From: Candidatus Borrarchaeum weybense
GTDB lineage: Archaea > Asgardarchaeota > Sifarchaeia > Borrarchaeales > Borrarchaeaceae
Reading direction: 5' to 3'
NCBI GenBank assembly: GCA_019057385.1
Contig: JAHQJS010000004.1
Location: 192,001 to 256,000, forward strand
DNA length: 64,000 bases
The position numbers and the translations under genes were made by a program. Below are positions 58,232 through 64,000 of the stretch, piece by piece. How positions within the stretch are numbered: position 1 is the first letter of the stretch; the number at the start of each line of letters is the position of its first letter. Under the pieces are notes generated by a model that was not told where the DNA came from, made no database searches, and was given only the letters and a program-made list of their open reading frames with translations.

Positions 58232-58974
58232 ATTCCCAACCTTCTTTTGATAAGCAAAACCATAGTGTTTTTGATAGTGGCAGGTATATTCATCTTGCTT
58301 TTGCCTTTCTTACTGTCATACCGTAAAATGAGTGGAACCTCTCCAAATGTAATATTGGTTTTCCTAAACTTTAAGAGGATGTCCACCATGCATTGAAATC
58401 CATCCTGATCAATGAAACTTTTCCCGTATCTGTTAATAGCGTTTTTAATGACTTTTGAACTATAAGCCCGATACCCGCATGTATAATCCCTGACACCATT
58501 GATAGGCATTATTAAGCGAAATAACCAAGACGCCCCAAAACTAAGAATCTTTCTGATTAGGGGAACTCCTATGGTTTTTGATCCGGGTTGAAAACGTGAT
58601 GCAATCACTACGCAATATCCCTCTGAAATCATTCTAACCATTCTTATAATAACTTTTGGAGTGTGGGTATCATCGGCATCCATTGTGATAAGGATGTCCC
58701 TGTCAGAAGCCAATTTTGAGGCAGTATAAAGCCCATCACGAATTGTAGCGCCTAGTCCCATGTTTTTATCATGTTTTTCAAAGATTATCGGCATTTTTTT
58801 TGATCGAGAACTAACAATTTTCTCAGTAGAATCATTGCTTCCATCGTCTATCAAAATAATTTCATATGGGGTAAGAGAAAACTTATTCATTGTTTCTTCA
58901 ATTCTGTCCAATAACCGTCCGATGTTTCCTTCTTCATTATAAGTAGGAAGTACTAAGAATACTTTTCTCTTCAT
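58228..58974 (-). CDS. GT2 DPM1-like polyprenol-phosphate sugar synthase
   Basis: LPTYNEE.NI, IDDGS.D.T, MDADDTH.P, ASRF, D.TCGYR. Confidence 0.92.
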   Translation of the reverse strand: MKRKVFLVLPTYNEEGNIGRLLDRIEETMNKFSLTPYEIILIDDGSNDSTEKIVSSRSKKMPIIFEKHDKNMGLGATIRDGLYTASKLASDRDILITMDADDTHTPKVIIRMVRMISEGYCVVIASRFQPGSKTIGVPLIRKILSFGASWLFRLIMPINGVRDYTCGYRAYSSKVIKNAINRYGKSFIDQDGFQCMVDILLKFRKTNITFGEVPLILRYDSKKGKSKMNIPATIKNTMVLLIKRRLGI

Positions 58975-59676
58975 TTACATAGCCCCAATTCAAGAGCATT
59001 ATTGATTTTCTAGATTTGTTTAACTATATCATTTATTGAACCCTTCTCATAAACTCCTGGGGCACCTCACCTTTTTACTGAACAATTATTGAAAGAAATA
59101 CTTTTTGGCTATTGAGATAGGTCAACTTAATAATTCTCCATTTAGGTTTTTACGTCTCGATTTTATAGCAGTCTGTAAGCCTATTTAATTAGATCAGATT
59201 TTTCCATAAATTATTTATCTCCTCTTTGAAAAAATGGAGCCTTAATTAGAGAAGACAGATATGGACTATACAAAATATTCTTCGAAGTTTGTGGAACAAT
59301 TTAAAACTTTTAAAACAATGGAAATCAATATACGTATTCAAGGATATTCTATCAAAATTCAAAAAAGAAAGTTGCTGCTCTTACAGACAAAAACGCTCCC
59401 TATCTTGTCTAGAATCGATCCTAATTTAAATTATCATTATACAAGTTTCTTGTTAGAGGAAATCAGATGAAATTAGAAAATGTTTATTTAAATGATTTAG
59501 TGAAAAGCTAAAGAATAAAATCTACATGATTTCATGTGAATACTCAAAACTATTGAAAAGACGTTATGAGATTTATTCGAAAAAAAAGATGTAAAGTTAT
59601 AGACAGTGCAGATAGACACATTAAATGTAGCCAAAAATCCTATTAATCCAAACAGCAAAATCAGAGGATATTAGAT

Positions 59677-60867
59677 ATGCCTACTCGGAAAGTGTTTATT
59701 TTTTCGCCAATTCCTATCTTTCCGGCAATTGCGGCTAACCAAAAAGATATTTTGGGCCATGTCTTGTTATTCAAAGAACTAGGTTACGATATTACTCTTT
59801 TTTGCTACAATAGGGAACGATATCCGACTGATTTTGATCTGAATCGACAAAACGCTCTTAAATATGGCATAAAAATTGAATTCTTGAAAAGAAAGAGAGA
59901 ACAAGACAATATTTATACCTATTGGTATCAGGTAGGACCTCTTGTTAATGTTCATGCAATTCGAACAATACAGTCTCACATTGAGAGCGAAAAACCTGAT
60001 ATACTTCTTTTTGAATATACTCGTTTTGCTTATTTATGTTCGTTATTGAAAAAAGGCGATGCTAAAATAATATTTAGAGTTCATAACTTCGAACTCTTTC
60101 ATAATTATGATAAAGCGAAAATAAATATGGGAGATGGGTTATATAATTGGTTAAAAATGATAAAAAGGGACTGGCGCGTATGGCTAAGCATTTTATTCGG
60201 TGAAAGGCTTATGTTAAAGCTGTCTGACGAAATTCTTTGCATTTCTTGGGGGGATTTTGAATTTTATAAAAGAATATTCCTTACAAATAAGCCAATTTAC
60301 TTCCCTCTATATCTCGGAGAGTTCACAAAAGTTGATGTGAAAGACAAGGAAACTCTTGATGTGATTTACATGGGGGGCAATTTCTCTAACAATGTGAATC
60401 GTAGTGGTGGCGACTATCTTGTAAAAAAAATAATTCCATTAGTCAATAAGAAACATCCAAAAAAGTTTAGATTCCATATAACAGGAAGAGGAGCAAGAGA
60501 AGTCTATGATATGAAACAAACAGAAAATCTTATTGTCCACGATTTTGTTGAAGACATAGAATCTTTGTACAATAAAATGGATATTGCTTGTATTCCCATA
60601 AAAGCAGGGAGGGGTTGCAAGATAAAAATGTTAGAGGCACTTAAGAAAGGTGTTCCTACAATTGGTTTCAGGAGAACTTTCTCAGGAATTCCATATATAG
60701 CAAATTCTTTCATATTTGCTGAAAATGCAAAAGATTACGTAAAAGCATTTGAAAAACTTCTTTCGGTATCTATTCGTCAAGAGCTATCTCGAAATTCACA
60801 AAGAGAAGTTGATATTCTCACGAACAAAGAACGTCTATTGTCTTGTTTACGAGATTTAGGATTTTGA
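59677..60867 (+). CDS. GT4-like glycosyltransferase
   Basis: HNFE, N..G, FV.D, P...G.G.KIK.LEA. Confidence 0.88.
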   Translation: MPTRKVFIFSPIPIFPAIAANQKDILGHVLLFKELGYDITLFCYNRERYPTDFDLNRQNALKYGIKIEFLKRKREQDNIYTYWYQVGPLVNVHAIRTIQSHIESEKPDILLFEYTRFAYLCSLLKKGDAKIIFRVHNFELFHNYDKAKINMGDGLYNWLKMIKRDWRVWLSILFGERLMLKLSDEILCISWGDFEFYKRIFLTNKPIYFPLYLGEFTKVDVKDKETLDVIYMGGNFSNNVNRSGGDYLVKKIIPLVNKKHPKKFRFHITGRGAREVYDMKQTENLIVHDFVEDIESLYNKMDIACIPIKAGRGCKIKMLEALKKGVPTIGFRRTFSGIPYIANSFIFAENAKDYVKAFEKLLSVSIRQELSRNSQREVDILTNKERLLSCLRDLGF

Positions 60868-61182
60868 TTTATCCACAATATAAACTCCAAAGGAAATATT
60901 TAGTCTTATAAAGCATTCGACAAATGCAGAGTGACTAACAAATTAAGCCACATAATAGAATCATTAATATGAAGATCAACGTTACAGAAACAACAATTTC
61001 AGTTATCTGTAGAGATGCATATCCTTTTGTAAATTCAGGATCTCCAAAATTGTAATCTTTTCATTCAGATTGAAAAAACTAAAACTACAAAATGCTTTAA
61101 TTAGTTAGCATATCCTGATGTGTTAGAAAACTTGAAAATCTATATATAATATGATTTTAGGAAATTTCTTGAGATATCTAAG

Positions 61183-62262
61183 ATGCTGGACATATTAAAC
61201 GAACTGAAAGAAAAACTTCTCTTTTTTTTGAATAAGATGAAGGGGAAAAACGGATTTTACAAATATTCGCTCTCTGGAGATTTATACGATGAAAACGTAC
61301 ATTGGGGGCTTGGAAACTCCGTTTTTGCTTTAAAGATATATTATATGATTGATGCACTCAAACAAATCGACATAGATGCGATTTATGACTTCATTGTTTC
61401 ATTTCAAAAATCAAATGGTTACTTTTACGATGATTATCTACATAGAAGAACACTTTCATGGGGAAGGATTTTTCGCTCATTAAAAAAACTTCGCTTACGA
61501 AATTTACTCAGAGGAAATGAAAAAAGGGCTGAAACTAGACAATCCTTTTCCACACTTTTTATGATTAATAAAAAACCACCTATTCCTTTTCGGAATTTTC
61601 CAAAATCAAAGAAATCTATAGATAAATATCTCTCTTCCTTAAATTGGAATATGCCATGGAACGCAGGCAGTCATTTTAGTCATTTAGTTTTCTTTTTATT
61701 TAATATGAAGAAATTTTACCCGAACCTTTTTGATTATGATGTTGACAAACTGACCAATCATGTCCTAGAATGGTTAAATAGGCGGCTTCAAAGGAATGAT
61801 GGAAGTTGGTATATAGGAAATACGACATTGAGCCAAAAGATTAATGGTGCTATGAAAATAATTACAGGATTAAATATAATGGGCGAGCCAATTAATAATC
61901 CAGAGAAACTCATAGATTTGGCTTTAAATGCGATAAACAATAGACAAGCATGCGATAATTTTAACATCGTCTATGTTCTGTATAACTGCGCAAAAACGCT
62001 CAATTTCTCCTATAGACAGCATGAAATTGAAGAATTTTTCAAGGAAAGGTTAGAAATCTACCGCCAGTATTATTATGAAGATATTGGTGGATTTTCTTTT
62101 TATCCAAATAGATCAGATAGTAGTTATTACGGAGTAAAAATAACAAAAGGATTTAATGAACCTGATATTCATGGAACTGTAATGTTTACATGGGGGATAG
62201 GTTTCATCTTAGAAGCTTTAGGCATAAATAAAGAAATAGGTCTGAAATCATTCGAACCATAA
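61183..62262 (+). CDS. Hypothetical protein, possible alpha/alpha-barrel (prenyltransferase-like) fold
   Basis: Repeated Q..DG.F/W motifs, AETRQ, W..PW.AG, GGFSF, PDIHGT. Confidence 0.6.
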   Translation: MLDILNELKEKLLFFLNKMKGKNGFYKYSLSGDLYDENVHWGLGNSVFALKIYYMIDALKQIDIDAIYDFIVSFQKSNGYFYDDYLHRRTLSWGRIFRSLKKLRLRNLLRGNEKRAETRQSFSTLFMINKKPPIPFRNFPKSKKSIDKYLSSLNWNMPWNAGSHFSHLVFFLFNMKKFYPNLFDYDVDKLTNHVLEWLNRRLQRNDGSWYIGNTTLSQKINGAMKIITGLNIMGEPINNPEKLIDLALNAINNRQACDNFNIVYVLYNCAKTLNFSYRQHEIEEFFKERLEIYRQYYYEDIGGFSFYPNRSDSSYYGVKITKGFNEPDIHGTVMFTWGIGFILEALGINKEIGLKSFEP

Positions 62263-62385
62263 GATTTTTGTTTAAAAATAAGGAATGAATTCTTACTCGA
62301 ATTAAAACTTTACAAATGAACCTGCTGGTTAAAGAAAGCATCCTGACCTGTAAGATATGAGCAATAGTTAACATGAGTGAAAGAT

Positions 62386-64000
62386 ATGTATAAAGTGTTT
62401 TTAACAGGCGGCGAACCAATTAATTGGGCAACTGATGATGACCTCAATCTCTTACGCAAATGTTTATCACCGTTCTGTGAATTTACCAATCTTCAAAATT
62501 GTGATGTTATTCATTCAGTGAACTGGTATTGGCTAAGAGATATTGATCCTAAATATCTTGCGGAGAAATATGTAATCGCACACATCCCGCATGACGTTAG
62601 ACATATGCTAATGCGTTCAGAATATCATAGGATACTGCCGTTTGTGGACAAATGGATTGTGATGTCCAAAAGGGCTAAGAAAATGCTTAAAGGTATAGGT
62701 TGTGAGGCGAATTATGTACCATATACTGTTGACTTGGAGATATTTCACAAAATAAATGGACGAGACGAAAATTTAGATGAATTTCGAAGGAAATATAGTA
62801 TACCTAATGATAAATATCTCATAGGGAGTTTCCAAAGGGATACTAAAGCTAAAGATCTTAAAACACCTAAATATATGAAAGGACCTGATGTTTTTTTTGA
62901 GATAATCAAAAAACTCTATCAACAGAAAACAGATATTTGTGTAATATTAGCTGGACCGCGAAGGTTTTGGCTTATCAATCAATTTTTAAAATATTCAATT
63001 CCTTTTGTCTATATCGGAGAGAGGCTAAAGGAACTGAAAGATGATATCTTTATTAATAATCTTCCACAAGAAACCATCAATTATCTCTATAATATAATTG
63101 ATCTTTATCTGGTAACCAGTCGCATAGAAGGTGGACCAAAAGCCCTGACAGAATGCGCTGCAACTAAATGCAAGATACTTAGTACAAATGTTGGTCACGC
63201 TGCTGATATTTTGGAAACAGAAACTATCTACTTTGATCCAATAGAAGGAATCGACCTAATAGTCAACGATATTGAAAATAATAGTTTGTTAAAGTTCATT
63301 GAACCTAATTATAGAAAAATATTAGAAGAACACACCCTGGAGAAAGTGAAGGGATATTGGGAGCGCATTTATCGTGAATTGACTAGCAGAAATGTACGAA
63401 CAAAAACTGTTGGTAGACAGAAAGTTGAAGAAACAACTGAAATACCCTTTTTCGATCGTTTACATAATAAGTTTAGAAAACTTGGATTCATCACAATTTT
63501 ACATACTTTTCATAAGCCACCTTGGGGTGGTGGCAATCAATTTCTAATTGCTTTGAAGAAAGCAATGCAAGCTAAGGGATGGAAAATCTCCACCAAACTG
63601 AGAAGCAATAATAAGATTTGTCTATTTAATTCTTTTTTATTTGATATGAACATCTTAAAGGATTCTGGAGTAAATTATAACCGTATCTGCATGATAAATA
63701 GAGTGGATGGACCCACATTTTTAGTGAGGGGTAAGGATAAAGACATAGATGATGCGATATTTAAACTTAATGAGATGGTAGCTGATTTTACTGTATTCCA
63801 ATCTTATTGGAGTTATCAAAAAACTATTGAAATGGGGTATACTCCAAAAAGACCCATAGTCATTCCAAATGCAGTAGATCCAACAATTTTTCACAGTAAA
63901 GGACGAATTCCATTTTCTTCAGACAGAAAGATCCGCTTAATCTCTACAAGCTGGTCACGTAATCCACGCAAAGGATTCGAGGTATATAAATGGATTGAAG
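62386..64000 (+). CDS. Tandem-domain GT4-like glycosyltransferase (partial, runs off right edge; not in ORF track)
   Basis: Read by hand from ATG 62386: MYKVFLTGGEPINWATDDD..., GSFQRD, KGPD, SRIEGGPKA..E, then second module PWGGGNQF...RVDGP...PNAVD...NPRKG. Confidence 0.85.
   Translation, partial: MYKVFLTGGEPINWATDDDLNLLRKCLSPFCEFTNLQNCDVIHSVNWYWLRDIDPKYLAEKYVIAHIPHDVRHMLMRSEYHRILPFVDKWIVMSKRAKKMLKGIGCEANYVPYTVDLEIFHKINGRDENLDEFRRKYSIPNDKYLIGSFQRDTKAKDLKTPKYMKGPDVFFEIIKKLYQQKTDICVILAGPRRFWLINQFLKYSIPFVYIGERLKELKDDIFINNLPQETINYLYNIIDLYLVTSRIEGGPKALTECAATKCKILSTNVGHAADILETETIYFDPIEGIDLIVNDIENNSLLKFIEPNYRKILEEHTLEKVKGYWERIYRELTSRNVRTKTVGRQKVEETTEIPFFDRLHNKFRKLGFITILHTFHKPPWGGGNQFLIALKKAMQAKGWKISTKLRSNNKICLFNSFLFDMNILKDSGVNYNRICMINRVDGPTFLVRGKDKDIDDAIFKLNEMVADFTVFQSYWSYQKTIEMGYTPKRPIVIPNAVDPTIFHSKGRIPFSSDRKIRLISTSWSRNPRKGFEVYKWIE

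Noticed and set aside
58975-59676. 700-bp AT-rich gap with ORF 59261..59470
   Set aside because: No recognisable motif, repeat or RNA structure; treated as a divergent promoter region or decayed sequence.
1-64000. CRISPR array, rRNA, integrase or provirus
   Set aside because: No regularly spaced repeats, rRNA-like tracts or recognisable viral or integrase genes were seen; the tRNA has no obvious att duplication.

Overview
AT-rich archaeal chromosomal segment, most likely from an Asgard archaeon. The inference rests on two ESCRT-III genes of the Vps20/32/60 and Vps2/24/46 types, a steadiness-box protein, an E1/E2 ubiquitin pair, a longin-domain protein, a geranylgeranyl reductase, a B1-type DNA polymerase, GGTGA ribosome-binding sites and a BHB-intron tRNA. 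The left half (1-31.7 kb) mixes housekeeping genes with eukaryotic-signature genes. It includes an ESCRT-III locus with no Vps4 or ESCRT-II in the window, containing a Zn-finger/coiled-coil/PH(GRAM-GLUE)/steadiness-box protein and a three-repeat helical protein ending in an HbYX motif. It also holds tRNA-Gln(CUG) with two non-canonical introns, tsaC/sua5 apparently starting at ATT, and PolB with a LAGLIDADG intein. The right half (31.7-64 kb) is a large surface-glycan cluster: GT2, GT4 and GT-C glycosyltransferases, Wzm/Wzt, three sulfotransferases, a deacetylase and a methyltransferase. It contains a circularly permuted GT4 and a 324-bp non-autonomous IS200/IS605 element that keeps both TnpA ends and a TnpB omegaRNA-like scaffold. 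All family assignments are from motif recognition by eye; no database searches were run.
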